Assembly: GCA_023412665.1 (NCBI GenBank)
Contig: JAEZCA010000041.1
Coordinates: 2,058 to 66,057 of the forward strand
Direction: 5' to 3'
DNA from: Bacillota bacterium
GTDB taxonomy: Bacteria > Bacillota > Clostridia > Acetivibrionales > DTU013
DNA length: 64,000 nt
Part shown: positions 37,727 through 47,897 of the stretch, piece after piece
Numbering within the stretch: position 1 is the first letter of the stretch
Layout of the letters: the number at the start of each line of letters is the position of its first letter
Made by a program: the position numbers and the translations under genes
Notes under the pieces: model-generated
Databases searched by the model: none
The model's input: only the letters and a program-made list of their open reading frames with translations
What the model was told of the DNA's origin: nothing

Positions 37727-39148
37727 ATGCTTAATATTAATGAAGCATCAATTATAGAAATTCAAAAGGAAATGGATGAAGGAAACCTTTCTTCAGTTGA
37801 TCTAATTACATACTATCTTGAAAGAATCGCTAAATTTGATAAGGATGGGCCCACATTAAATTCTATACTTGAGCTTAATCCTGACCTGCTATTTATTGCA
37901 GAGTCATTGGATGATGAAAGACGAAGAAAGGGTAAAAGAAGTCTGATGCATGGTATTCCGGTACTTATTAAAGATAATATCAATACCGGAGACAAAATGC
38001 ATACCAGTGGAGGGTCATTAGCGCTTGCCGATTCATTTGCTCCTGAAGATGCTTTTGTAGTAAAGAAGCTTCGTGAGGCCGGAGCAATCATCATGGGTAA
38101 ATCAAATATGACAGAGTTTGCCAATTTTATGGCAGAAAACATGCCTTCCGGCTATAGCTCCAGAGGCGGGCAGGTCCTTAACCCATATGATCATACAAAA
38201 GATCCCTCCGGTTCGAGTTCAGGTTCGGCTGTTGCTGTTACATCTAGTTTCTGTACAGTAGCTGTTGGTACTGAAACTGATGGCTCTATTTTGAGTCCGT
38301 CGTGTGTGAATTGTATTGTCGGCATAAAACCTACAGTTGGGCTGATCAGTAGAAGCGGCATTATTCCTATCAGTCACAGCCAGGATACTGCAGGTCCAAT
38401 GGCAAAAACGGTCACAGATGCTGCAATTTTATTAGGTGCTATGATAGGGGCTGATGAAAAAGATCCTGCTACTTGGGGAAGTGAAAGTATTCAGCCAGGA
38501 CAATTGTTGAATGCTGTTAATAACCCGGATATAGAGGGCTTGCGAATTGGTGTCAGTATTGTTTATTATGAAATGTCTACTCCGGAACAGCGACAAATAC
38601 TGGATGAAGCAATAGAGGTTATGCAGCAAAAGGGAGCTGTCATTATAAAACAAGATAAGCTATCTCAAGGCCCGGAGGAAGAGTCCTCTGTTTTGGGGCA
38701 TGAGTTTAAATCAGGGATCAACTATTATTTATCGAAACTGGGGCATCAAAAGATCAGAACGCTTTCTGATATTATAGAATTTAATAAAATGCATGCTGAT
38801 AAGGCACTTAAATATGGTCAGAAAACACTTGAACGATCAGAGCAGACAAGTGGGACTCTTACTGAAAGCAAGTACATTCATGATAGGTTACGTGATATTG
38901 ATTTTGCAAGAAAAAACGGTATAGATAAATTAATGGATGAATATAAGCTGGATGCACTTATGTTTCTTGAACCTACAAGTCTTGCGGCTATTTCCGGCTA
39001 TCCATCGATTATTGTACCTGCCGGTGTAGACAACGATGAGTCATATGGACTTCAATTTATCGGAAAACAATTTAGCGAACCAACAATTATAAAATTGGGC
39101 TATGTATATGAACAGGCGACAAAACACCGCATCGATCCACAGTTATAG
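37727..39148 (+). CDS. Amidase-signature family amidase
   Basis: 473 aa with the AS motif 'GGSLALADS...PSGSSSGSAVAV', the catalytic Lys context 'VLIKDNI', and strong RBS AAAGGAG. Confidence 0.9.
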   Translation: MLNINEASIIEIQKEMDEGNLSSVDLITYYLERIAKFDKDGPTLNSILELNPDLLFIAESLDDERRRKGKRSLMHGIPVLIKDNINTGDKMHTSGGSLALADSFAPEDAFVVKKLREAGAIIMGKSNMTEFANFMAENMPSGYSSRGGQVLNPYDHTKDPSGSSSGSAVAVTSSFCTVAVGTETDGSILSPSCVNCIVGIKPTVGLISRSGIIPISHSQDTAGPMAKTVTDAAILLGAMIGADEKDPATWGSESIQPGQLLNAVNNPDIEGLRIGVSIVYYEMSTPEQRQILDEAIEVMQQKGAVIIKQDKLSQGPEEESSVLGHEFKSGINYYLSKLGHQKIRTLSDIIEFNKMHADKALKYGQKTLERSEQTSGTLTESKYIHDRLRDIDFARKNGIDKLMDEYKLDALMFLEPTSLAAISGYPSIIVPAGVDNDESYGLQFIGKQFSEPTIIKLGYVYEQATKHRIDPQL

Positions 39149-39327
39149 ATCTTGAGCCTTATTTTTGTGTTATAATCTGCATAACAGCGAAAACTCATTT
39201 ATTACTGGAATTTGTACGTGCTGACATAATGCTTGCGAACATTTTAGACCCTTTGTATAATGAACTATCAGTTAATAACTCGTTTTGATGTAGCAAAAGC
39301 TAACTGAGTAAAGCAGTTGAGGTGACC

Positions 39328-39999
39328 ATGACAAGGATTTTGCTTGTTGAAGATGACAGCGGTATTGTTGACAATCTGACGGAATTTCTTAAAAGTGAAG
39401 GCTTTTCAGTTGATTATGTTAACGGGCAGGCCGCTGCGATACAAAAAATCGAGAATAATTCATATGACCTGTTGCTTGTGGACATATCATTAGCGGATGG
39501 AAACGGATTTGCCGTATGTGCTGCTGCAAAGGCTATTACAGATGTTCCCGTGATTTTTCTTACCGCTTCCGGCGATGAGTACAGCGTTGTTACCGGCCTG
39601 GATATGGGGGCGGACGACTATATAGGAAAACCGTTCAGGCCCAGAGAGCTGGTGTCGCGAATAAAAAATGCACTCCGGCGTGCCGGAAGAGTGCAATCTG
39701 TCATAGAGCTTGACGGCATTCGGGTGGATACTGTAAAAGGAACGGTAATGAAAAAAGGCTCTGAGATTTTTCTCTCAGCACTTGAATACCGTCTATTGCT
39801 AATATTTATCAACAACAGGGGCATCGTGCTTTCCAGGAGCAAGCTTCTGGAGGATATATGGGATATCGCGGGGGAGTTTGTGAATGATAATACGCTGACT
39901 GTATATATTAAGCGGCTGCGAGAAAAAATCGAGGATGACCCGCAGAATCCTTCCATTATCAAAACAGTCCGTGGCATTGGGTATAAGGTAGGCGAGTAA
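39328..39999 (+). CDS. OmpR-family response regulator (BceR-like)
   Basis: REC 'ILLVEDD...LLLVDISL...LTASG...GKPF' plus a winged-helix 'TVRGIGYKV'. Confidence 0.9.
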   Translation: MTRILLVEDDSGIVDNLTEFLKSEGFSVDYVNGQAAAIQKIENNSYDLLLVDISLADGNGFAVCAAAKAITDVPVIFLTASGDEYSVVTGLDMGADDYIGKPFRPRELVSRIKNALRRAGRVQSVIELDGIRVDTVKGTVMKKGSEIFLSALEYRLLLIFINNRGIVLSRSKLLEDIWDIAGEFVNDNTLTVYIKRLREKIEDDPQNPSIIKTVRGIGYKVGE

Positions 40000-41007
40000 A
40001 TGGACGTTTTTAAGAATCCCTGGATCAAAAAAAATATGCTGCTGCATCTTATACTTGGCGCTGCGGCAACCATCATCGGGTTTGCGATCGGAACGGCCAG
40101 TGGTATTCTGGTGCTATGCCTGAGCCTGGTGTTTACCCTCATTCACCTTTTGCACGATCGAAAGAGGTATAAAAGAATTTCTGACTTAAGCGGGGATATA
40201 GACAGGATTCTTCACTGTCAGCACTCTCATGATTTTAATGAATATGCGGAAGGGGAGCTGGCAATTCTCAGCAGTGAGATATATAAGATGACAGTTCGTA
40301 TGAGGGAGCAGTCAGAGCTTCTGAAAAAAGACAAGCAGTATCTTTCTGATTCCATGGCAAACATTTCACATCAAATAAAGACGCCCCTTACTTCTGTCAA
40401 CTTAATTGCCGCATTATTGAAGAAGCCTGAATTATCATATGAGCGCCGTTTGGAGCTAACCCGGGATATGACCAAGCTGTTGGAGCATATTGAACGGCTT
40501 GTCACCGTTCTTTTGAAGCTTTCCAGATTTGATGCCGGGACAATTGAATTTAAATCGGAGACCATTTCTGCGGCAGATCTGATAAATAAAGCTTCAGAAC
40601 CGCTGCTGATACCGATGGAGCTAAGGAATCAACAGCTATGTGTAAATATAGACGGCAACGGGAGCTTTTCAGGTGACCTGGCGTGGACTGCCGAAGCTGT
40701 TGAAAATATACTTAAAAACTGTATGGAGCATACACCTGAAGGTGGAATTATAAAAATCGACGCGTCTGAGAATGCTCTGTTTACAGAACTAATCATATCT
40801 GATAACGGAAGCGGAATAGATAAGGATGATTTACCGCATTTGTTTGAACGCTTCTATCGTGGAAAAAATGCTTCAGGTCAGAACTATGGCATCGGATTAT
40901 CTCTTGCTCGACTTATTATTTCTGAGCAAAATGGCACGATCAAGGCTGAAAATGTGACGGGCGGCGGTGCAAAATTCACAATCAGGTTTTATAAAAGCAC
41001 AGTTTAA
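40000..41007 (+). CDS. Intramembrane-sensing histidine kinase (BceS-like)
   Basis: Two N-terminal TM helices with almost no external loop. H-box 'ISHQIKTPLT', 'NILKNCMEHTP', 'DNGSGI' and 'GIGLSLA'. Confidence 0.85.
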   Translation: MDVFKNPWIKKNMLLHLILGAAATIIGFAIGTASGILVLCLSLVFTLIHLLHDRKRYKRISDLSGDIDRILHCQHSHDFNEYAEGELAILSSEIYKMTVRMREQSELLKKDKQYLSDSMANISHQIKTPLTSVNLIAALLKKPELSYERRLELTRDMTKLLEHIERLVTVLLKLSRFDAGTIEFKSETISAADLINKASEPLLIPMELRNQQLCVNIDGNGSFSGDLAWTAEAVENILKNCMEHTPEGGIIKIDASENALFTELIISDNGSGIDKDDLPHLFERFYRGKNASGQNYGIGLSLARLIISEQNGTIKAENVTGGGAKFTIRFYKSTV

Positions 41008-41089
41008 GTGACGTTTTTGTTATAAAAAAGTCATGGCAGTGTCACCTGGCGGCGGTATGATATATCCATGAGCTTTAAGGAGGATAATA

Positions 41090-41773
41090 ATGGATATATT
41101 AAGGATCGAGAATCTAACAAAAACCTATGGTACGGCTGATAATATAGTTAAGGCACTGGACAACGTGAGCTTTACTGTGAAAAAGGGTGAATTTATAGCA
41201 ATAATCGGGCCTTCAGGCTCAGGTAAATCAACTCTTTTGCACATACTTGGCGGAGTGGACAAGCCGACATCCGGCAAGGTATATATGGATGGGCATGATG
41301 TCTATGCTCAGAACGACGAGCAGCTTGCAATTTTCCGCCGGAGACAGGTGGGGCTGATCTATCAGTTTTACAACCTTATTCCGGTTCTGGATGTTAACGA
41401 AAATATTACTCTTCCGGTTCTTATGGACGGCAGAAAGATAAATGTAGAACGTTTTAATGAGCTAATTACCTTTTTAGGCCTGAAGGGCAGAGAAAAGCAT
41501 CTTCCAAATCAGCTTTCCGGAGGACAGCAGCAGCGTGTTTCAATAGGCAGAGCATTGATGAACGCACCGGCTGTTGTGCTGGCGGACGAACCTACCGGAA
41601 ACCTTGATTCCAAAAGCAGCCACGAAATTGTTGAGCTGTTGAAAATGTCAAATCAGAAATATAATCAAACCCTTATTGTTATTACCCACGATGAAAATAT
41701 TGCATTGCAGGCTGACCGCATAATAGCAATCGAGGACGGCAGAATTACACGTGACGAGGTGAAACGGATATGA
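41090..41773 (+). CDS. ABC transporter ATP-binding protein (MacB/BceA type)
   Basis: Walker A 'GPSGSGKST', signature 'LSGGQQQRV' and Walker B 'VVLADEPT'. Confidence 0.9.
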   Translation: MDILRIENLTKTYGTADNIVKALDNVSFTVKKGEFIAIIGPSGSGKSTLLHILGGVDKPTSGKVYMDGHDVYAQNDEQLAIFRRRQVGLIYQFYNLIPVLDVNENITLPVLMDGRKINVERFNELITFLGLKGREKHLPNQLSGGQQQRVSIGRALMNAPAVVLADEPTGNLDSKSSHEIVELLKMSNQKYNQTLIVITHDENIALQADRIIAIEDGRITRDEVKRI

Positions 41774-44394
41774 ATATTTTCTCCAAGGTCACGTTGAAAA
41801 CACTTTCCAGGAATAAAACACGTACACTTGTCACAATAATCGGTATTATTTTGTCTGCAGCAATGTTGACTGCTGTGACAGCCTTTATAACGAGTCTTCA
41901 GGACTATATGCTTGGCGTGGCGGTGTATAATTACGGTGATTGGCATGGATGCCTTTATGATGCGGGGGCAGATAAAACCGCAGAGCTGAAAAGTAATCAG
42001 GAGGTAATGAAGGTTGCAGAGTGTGAGAATATTGGCTATGCGGCTCTGCCTAACCCCAAATATGAGTATTCGCCTTATATTTACATTATCGGCGCAGACA
42101 GTAATTTTAATACAATGATGCCTGTTCACATCACAGGGGGGAGACTTCCGGAGAAGACAGATGAGATCATATTACCGGATCATTTGCTGAAAAACGGAGG
42201 GACAGCCTTTTCTATAGGAGACACGATTAGCCTGGATATCGGTGTGCGGATGTATGAAAATACAGTACTCAATCAGCATAATATGTACATGAAGGATCAA
42301 AAAGGGGTGGTTCAGGAGAAGCTGGAAATTCAGGAAACCCGTAACTATACGGTAGTCGGATTCTATGAACGCCCGAGCTTTGAGGACCCCTCTTCTCCGG
42401 GCTATACTGCCATTACGGTTATGGATGGCACCGAACGGGGAGGCAAGGTCTATGACGTATATTTTAAGCTTAAAAAGCCTGCCGGTGTATATGACTTCAT
42501 ACGGGCGGAGGAGCAAAAAGAGGGCTTTGGCGGAGGCTCATACAATGATGATGTGCTTATGTACAGCGGCGTATCAAAGTATTCACGCTTTTATGTCGTT
42601 CTTTACAGCCTTGCAGCCATTCTTATTTTACTGATCATGGCCGGCTCTGTTTCGCTGATTTACAATGCATTTTCAATCTCTGTAAGTGAAAGGACAAAAC
42701 AAATCGGGCTTTTGTCATCTGTGGGTGCTACTCAAAAGCAAATCAGGAAAAGCATATTATTTGAAGCCATGTTTGTAAGCGTGATAGGTATACCAATAGG
42801 TATACTTTCAGGAATAGCGGGTATCGGTGTGACTCTTTCATTAATCGGACAGAGGTTTTCATCCCTCTACTCAGGCGAAGTGCCATATTCACTGTCACTC
42901 CATGTGAACCTCTGGACAATCTTTACGGCGGTGCTGTTCGCGCTGATAACTGTTTTGATTTCCGCGTGGATTCCATCGAGGCGTGCAACACGCATCACTG
43001 CGATAGAAGCAATACGGCAGACAAACGATATTTCTGTAAAGGCCAAGGATATACGTACACTAAAGTTCACTTACAGACTATTTGGACTTGAGGGTGTTCT
43101 TGCCCGAAAGCACTTCAGACGCAGCAGGAAAAGGTACAGAACCACTGTCGTATCTCTGTTTATGAGCATAGTACTGTTTATCTCTGCAAGCTCCTTTTGC
43201 TCATATATCAAGGATAGTGTTACGGATGTTTTTGAAACCAGAGATTATGATATCAGCTGGTATTACGATGCCAGAACCATTACGGAGATGACCCCTCGTG
43301 AGGTGTATGAATTACTGGCTCAGACCGAGGGCTTGACAAACTCTGCCTATGCTTATGTCAAGGAGGGTTCTGCAATGATAAACAAGGATGATCTCCTTGA
43401 TGAGTTTAAAAAACGTTATGATGTGTTAACCGGTGATAGCGAGGGAAGCAGTGATGTTTATAGCTTACCTGCAGCTGTATACATCGTGCCGGACGAGGTG
43501 TTTGAAGGATATGCAGCCGCCGGGGGCTTGGGCGGCGCAGACGCAGTTGTTATGGCATATATGGAGGGAATTGATCCTGAAACAAACAAGTATTCGAAAA
43601 TCGATGTGCTGCGTGACACATTATCTGTTATGAATTTAAAGCTATATGATGAAAGCAGGGAACCCATCCCTGATAGTATTACACAAGAAGAACTGGATGC
43701 GCTGCTGTATAAAAATACAGTCATTGATGTGGGGGCAATTGTTGATTCTCTGCCGTTTGCTATCAATGCCTCCTATCACGGGTACACTATCACGGTAATG
43801 GTTCCGGAACGCTGTATTTCAAAGTATTTTGCAAATATGGATATAACGGATACGGTTTATTATTTTAAAGGAGATGACCATGCGGTCCTGGCTGGTAATC
43901 TCATAACCGTTATGGATGAGAATGGCCTGCCCTCAGAAAATTTGCAGGATACAGCTACTCGTGACGATACAGACAGAAATACGATATTTATCATCAATGT
44001 TTTTGCTTATGGCTTCATTATTCTGATTTCCCTGATAGCGGCAGCAAACGTGTTCAACACGATATCGACCGGTATCAACCTGCGGCGCCGGGAGTTTGCA
44101 ATGCTTAAGTCTGTGGGTATGGCACAGAAGGGCTTCCGGAAAATGATGAATTATGAGTGCCTGATGTATGGTACAAAATCCTTGATGTGGGGACTGCCTG
44201 CAGCAGTAGGAGTCACTTATCTGATTTTCCGGAGTATAAACGCGGGCTATGTTACAAGCTTCTATATTCCATGGATATCAATCGTCGTTGCAATATTCAG
44301 CGTATTTGCTGTGGTCTTTGCAACAATGCTTTACTCCATGAACAAACTAAAGGATGACAATACCATAGACTCGTTAAGAAATGAAAATTTGTAA
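41770..44394 (+). CDS. FtsX-family ABC permease with two FtsX modules and large extracytoplasmic domains (BceB-like, unusually long)
   Basis: 874 aa. Start codon overlaps the ATPase stop (ATGA). FtsX signature regions 'ERTKQIGLLSSVGAT' and 'RRREFAMLKSVGMA'. Confidence 0.85.
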   Translation: MNIFSKVTLKTLSRNKTRTLVTIIGIILSAAMLTAVTAFITSLQDYMLGVAVYNYGDWHGCLYDAGADKTAELKSNQEVMKVAECENIGYAALPNPKYEYSPYIYIIGADSNFNTMMPVHITGGRLPEKTDEIILPDHLLKNGGTAFSIGDTISLDIGVRMYENTVLNQHNMYMKDQKGVVQEKLEIQETRNYTVVGFYERPSFEDPSSPGYTAITVMDGTERGGKVYDVYFKLKKPAGVYDFIRAEEQKEGFGGGSYNDDVLMYSGVSKYSRFYVVLYSLAAILILLIMAGSVSLIYNAFSISVSERTKQIGLLSSVGATQKQIRKSILFEAMFVSVIGIPIGILSGIAGIGVTLSLIGQRFSSLYSGEVPYSLSLHVNLWTIFTAVLFALITVLISAWIPSRRATRITAIEAIRQTNDISVKAKDIRTLKFTYRLFGLEGVLARKHFRRSRKRYRTTVVSLFMSIVLFISASSFCSYIKDSVTDVFETRDYDISWYYDARTITEMTPREVYELLAQTEGLTNSAYAYVKEGSAMINKDDLLDEFKKRYDVLTGDSEGSSDVYSLPAAVYIVPDEVFEGYAAAGGLGGADAVVMAYMEGIDPETNKYSKIDVLRDTLSVMNLKLYDESREPIPDSITQEELDALLYKNTVIDVGAIVDSLPFAINASYHGYTITVMVPERCISKYFANMDITDTVYYFKGDDHAVLAGNLITVMDENGLPSENLQDTATRDDTDRNTIFIINVFAYGFIILISLIAAANVFNTISTGINLRRREFAMLKSVGMAQKGFRKMMNYECLMYGTKSLMWGLPAAVGVTYLIFRSINAGYVTSFYIPWISIVVAIFSVFAVVFATMLYSMNKLKDDNTIDSLRNENL

Positions 44395-44423
44395 CTAGGG
44401 CTGAAAAGGTGTTATTCAGTGGC

Positions 44424-44472
44424 AAGAAAAAGCCGGCGGCGGCGGCTCTCCAAGTTGATAGCCGCCGCTGGC
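44424..44472 (-). terminator. GC-rich hairpin + U-run terminator (read on the minus strand)
   Basis: GCGGCGGCT / AGCCGCCGC forms a stem. On the minus strand it is followed by TTTTTCTT, downstream of the 44501-45325 gene. Confidence 0.5.
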
Positions 44473-44500
44473 AGTTGTGAATATTCCTATAAAATTGAGT

Positions 44501-45325
44501 TTACTTGATGAAATCAACCTTCTGCAGTGAATGTAAGGGCACCAATGGCAGGAGGATGGGGGTTTCCTTTACATAAGCCTGATACTCGGGGTCAGCACCA
44601 TAACTTTTATTCTGTCGCCCCTCAAGCCGCTTGGCACCACTGAACATCACATATAACAGCAGGATATAGCCGAAGATGGCGATGGCCCATTGAACTACGC
44701 CTCGTAATGCACCAAAACCCGAAATCAATACACCTGTCCAGAACAATACCTCACCCAGGTAATTAGGGCAGCGAACAATCCTGTACAAGCCAGTGTCACA
44801 AAATCTATCGGGATTTACCTTTTTGGCAGCGGTTTTCTGCTGATCTGCCAGGGTTTCTATAATAAGTGCAATGGCCATGATTATGGCACTTACTACAGGC
44901 ATTACATCACTGCCGGAGTTTGCCTCCAGACGGTAAAGTACAGGGGACACCTGGCATGTATACATCAAAAAACATGCTATCCAGATAGCAGCCTTAACAA
45001 AAATAGGCATGGGTTTTTCACTACCGGCCACTTTGCTTAGTGTTTTCCGGTATGTGGCACTTTTAATTTCGCGCACCAGCAAATAGCCGCTGAGCCGAAC
45101 ACCATACGCAACTAAAAGAAGACACAGGAGTATCATTGGCAGCCTCATCCCGGAGCCGTAAAGAACCAGCAGACCTATGCCGCTCCCGGCAATTGCAAAA
45201 CCATATCCAATGGAAAGGAAGTAAACAAATTTATAAAAACCTACAGCGGACAAAGCAGCGCATACTAAAGCAATAATCAACATTGACTGTGGAAAGGCTA
45301 TTGTCCAAGCCTCGGAAAAACTCAT
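44501..45325 (-). CDS. DUF1295 / steroid-5-alpha-reductase-like polytopic membrane protein
   Basis: 274 aa with multiple TM helices and the C-terminal 'GLYRIVRCPNYLGEVLFWTG' motif typical of this family. Confidence 0.7.
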   Translation of the reverse strand: MSFSEAWTIAFPQSMLIIALVCAALSAVGFYKFVYFLSIGYGFAIAGSGIGLLVLYGSGMRLPMILLCLLLVAYGVRLSGYLLVREIKSATYRKTLSKVAGSEKPMPIFVKAAIWIACFLMYTCQVSPVLYRLEANSGSDVMPVVSAIIMAIALIIETLADQQKTAAKKVNPDRFCDTGLYRIVRCPNYLGEVLFWTGVLISGFGALRGVVQWAIAIFGYILLLYVMFSGAKRLEGRQNKSYGADPEYQAYVKETPILLPLVPLHSLQKVDFIK

Positions 45326-46182
45326 TATTTTGCACCTCCTCTATAGCAGTTCTTAACATACTCCTTGAAGCTAAGTTTACCAAATATGTTGTCGCCCACC
45401 AGATCATGGGTCAGTGTCCATTTTGAGAAACGGATGATAGCTTCCTTGCCATTCTTTTTCAGCTTATTTATATATGCCAATACTGAGAACAGCCACTCTG
45501 GAGCCCGTTTGATAACCGGTGTTTTACCTGCTGCTTCAAAAAACATATTTGCCATTTCCTCATAGCTGTAGGTCTCGGTGCCGCCTACATCAAAAGTTTT
45601 GTTTTCATCATTCATATGCAATACAATGAAGTCGGCAAGATCGGTGGTGTCTATTACATTGGCATAGACAGGCTTTTTGCCAAGCAAGGTAACCTCGCCT
45701 TTTTCAATCATCGGCATAAACACTTTTGCTATGTCATAAAAGTAGCCTGTGGGACGAAAAATTACATAAGGAATACTGCTTTTCTTAAGTTCATCTTCAA
45801 ACATTGCCTTGGCATGGAGCATGGGGACAGTTTTATCGGAGTCAGCCTTGATGACCGAGATATAGGCGAACTTCTTCACCCCGGCGCGCTTAGCCTCATT
45901 TAAAAGATTCAGATTTCCCTGGTAGTCGATCTCATGGTTGGTATGGGTGGCTGAGGTGGCAGTTAGTCCAACTGTGGTAATGACAGCATCCATACCATCA
46001 CACAGACCGGCCAGTGAACCGGCATCGGTCACATCCAGCTTTTTAGCAGTATATTTCCCTTCGATTTCTGGGATATCACGTGTTACCAGATCCGCGGCAA
46101 CAACAGTATGACCTTCACGTATCAGTGCCTTTAAAATATCACTTCCCAGCTTTCCAAAGGCACCCGCAAGAACAATTTTCAT
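45325..46182 (-). CDS. NmrA-like/atypical SDR NAD(P)-binding protein
   Basis: Rossmann N-terminus 'MKIVLAGAFGKLGSDILKAL'. 285 aa. Stop/start overlaps the downstream gene. Confidence 0.75.
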   Translation of the reverse strand: MKIVLAGAFGKLGSDILKALIREGHTVVAADLVTRDIPEIEGKYTAKKLDVTDAGSLAGLCDGMDAVITTVGLTATSATHTNHEIDYQGNLNLLNEAKRAGVKKFAYISVIKADSDKTVPMLHAKAMFEDELKKSSIPYVIFRPTGYFYDIAKVFMPMIEKGEVTLLGKKPVYANVIDTTDLADFIVLHMNDENKTFDVGGTETYSYEEMANMFFEAAGKTPVIKRAPEWLFSVLAYINKLKKNGKEAIIRFSKWTLTHDLVGDNIFGKLSFKEYVKNCYRGGAK

Positions 46183-46211
46183 AGCCGTCTCCTCCTAGTG
46201 TTGATAAGTTA

Positions 46212-47141
46212 TTATTTTCTTTGCTTTTCCTTGGAACGTTTATCGTTGATAATATCCATGTGTTCTGCATCAATGCGCTCCACACCGTGTTCCCTTGCCC
46301 AGGCCACACAGCCCTTTAGCGCCGTATTCAGAAATATACGGGGAACCTTCACCAGCTTGGCGCAGGCTTCGTCGGTGAAGGTGATATTGTCATCAATGCG
46401 GTCCGCTGCGTAGCGCACCGATTGAATGCTTCCTTCTCTTACCGGAAGCAGCTCAGCCAGAGGTCTTCTAAATCGGGTATACCAAAAGTTTTTTGAGTCC
46501 CGGTAGCCGTAATCCACAGGCACCCGTGGGAATCCCTTGGCGGTAACGCCGTTGATGATGGTATTACGATATTTGGGTTTCATCAGTATTTTGTCTATGC
46601 GCAGAATAAAATGAGCCCCAAACTCTGAAGTAATGCCATTAAAGTCATGGTAGGGCGGAGGATATCCGTCCAACTTGCCGGGCGCATCATCTTGAGCGCT
46701 GTCAAGCTGTCTCATCCAGGTACACTCCATTACCTGAAATGATTCGGCCACAACCTTTGGGTATTTTTCAGAGGGATTATTTTCAGCCATTAAGCCTTCT
46801 TCTAAAGTAAAAAGACAATTTTTCATCTTTTCCTCCGGTGTGTCGCCGGGAAAGCCCATTCGAACTGCTTCTCTAAAGTATTTTCTATCATCTGGAATAA
46901 AGTTGATGCTGCATTTGCCATCACGTAAAATATTTTGGGCAGTGTTGGATGAGTTGCGGCAGCACAACAGCATGGCATAATAATCCTTGCCGGCCACATA
47001 ATACGGCTGCACCAGCGAATAGGAGCCAAGGGTTGTCATACCGGTTTCCGTTAGCGTACCGACCATAGCAGTAGGCATGGGAAAAAATGCAGAGGTTTGA
47101 TAAAAATTATCAACGATTCGTAGGTCTTGAAAGCTGCTCAT
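46212..47141 (-). CDS. Flavin-reductase-like (FMN-binding split-barrel) protein with an extra C-terminal domain
   Basis: ATG at 47141 follows AGGAGGAG. The N-terminal 'FPMPTAMVGT...GSYSLVQPY' resembles flavin reductase-like domains. The family assignment is tentative. Confidence 0.5.
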   Translation of the reverse strand: MSSFQDLRIVDNFYQTSAFFPMPTAMVGTLTETGMTTLGSYSLVQPYYVAGKDYYAMLLCCRNSSNTAQNILRDGKCSINFIPDDRKYFREAVRMGFPGDTPEEKMKNCLFTLEEGLMAENNPSEKYPKVVAESFQVMECTWMRQLDSAQDDAPGKLDGYPPPYHDFNGITSEFGAHFILRIDKILMKPKYRNTIINGVTAKGFPRVPVDYGYRDSKNFWYTRFRRPLAELLPVREGSIQSVRYAADRIDDNITFTDEACAKLVKVPRIFLNTALKGCVAWAREHGVERIDAEHMDIINDKRSKEKQRK

Positions 47142-47164
47142 GTGCTCTCCTCCTAAATAATAAT

Positions 47165-47686
47165 TTATGGGAATAAACGGCCGATCATCTGAGATAATGC
47201 GGAATAGGGGATATCTGTCTGCATCGCACAAGCCAGGATGGTTTCCGCCAGCAATGGGCAAAGCTCAGCATCCTTTTTGTGATCCAGGTGCTCAAGCAAT
47301 TCAGCCAGCAGCTTGGATAGCTGGCTGCGAAGCAATGCCTTGTACTGCCCAAAGCCACCGGGCATTCCTTTATATTCACACCAAATAGGTTCATATTTTC
47401 TTACATAATCTCTGATCGCATCATAGATTGCTCTAATACCTTGTTCTACAGTAATGGCAGTCTCGCAGGTTTTTTTCATGTCTTTTAGGGACACATGCCA
47501 GTCTTCTGCCATGATGGAGGCAATGAGCATGTCTTTGCCGGGAAAATAATTGTATATAGTACCCACAGCTATACCGCTTTGAGCGGCAACCTGACGCAAT
47601 GTAAGCCCCATATATCCTTTTTCAAATAAATGCTTTCTGGAGACGGCAAATATTGTCTCTCTGGCGTTTGGAATTTGTTTTGACAT
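47165..47686 (-). CDS. TetR/AcrR-family transcriptional regulator
   Basis: HTH 'LTLRQVAAQSGIAVGTIYNYFPGKDML'. ATG 47686 follows GGAGGTG. First gene of the minus-strand operon. Confidence 0.85.
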   Translation of the reverse strand: MSKQIPNARETIFAVSRKHLFEKGYMGLTLRQVAAQSGIAVGTIYNYFPGKDMLIASIMAEDWHVSLKDMKKTCETAITVEQGIRAIYDAIRDYVRKYEPIWCEYKGMPGGFGQYKALLRSQLSKLLAELLEHLDHKKDAELCPLLAETILACAMQTDIPYSALSQMIGRLFP

Positions 47687-47897
47687 GGAAACACCTCCAC
47701 TGCACAATGCAAATGAACACGTTCATATAAATAGTATAAGATATCGTTAAATAAACGTCAATGTAGAGGGCTGAAAAACAACAAAAACTATGCACATTGT
47801 AGTCTTAAGTAAGAATAGAAATTTTATATGAATATCTGTATTTGCTAGTAAGGTGGATGATTTTATAGCTTAACGAGTATTTTACACACAGATTTAG

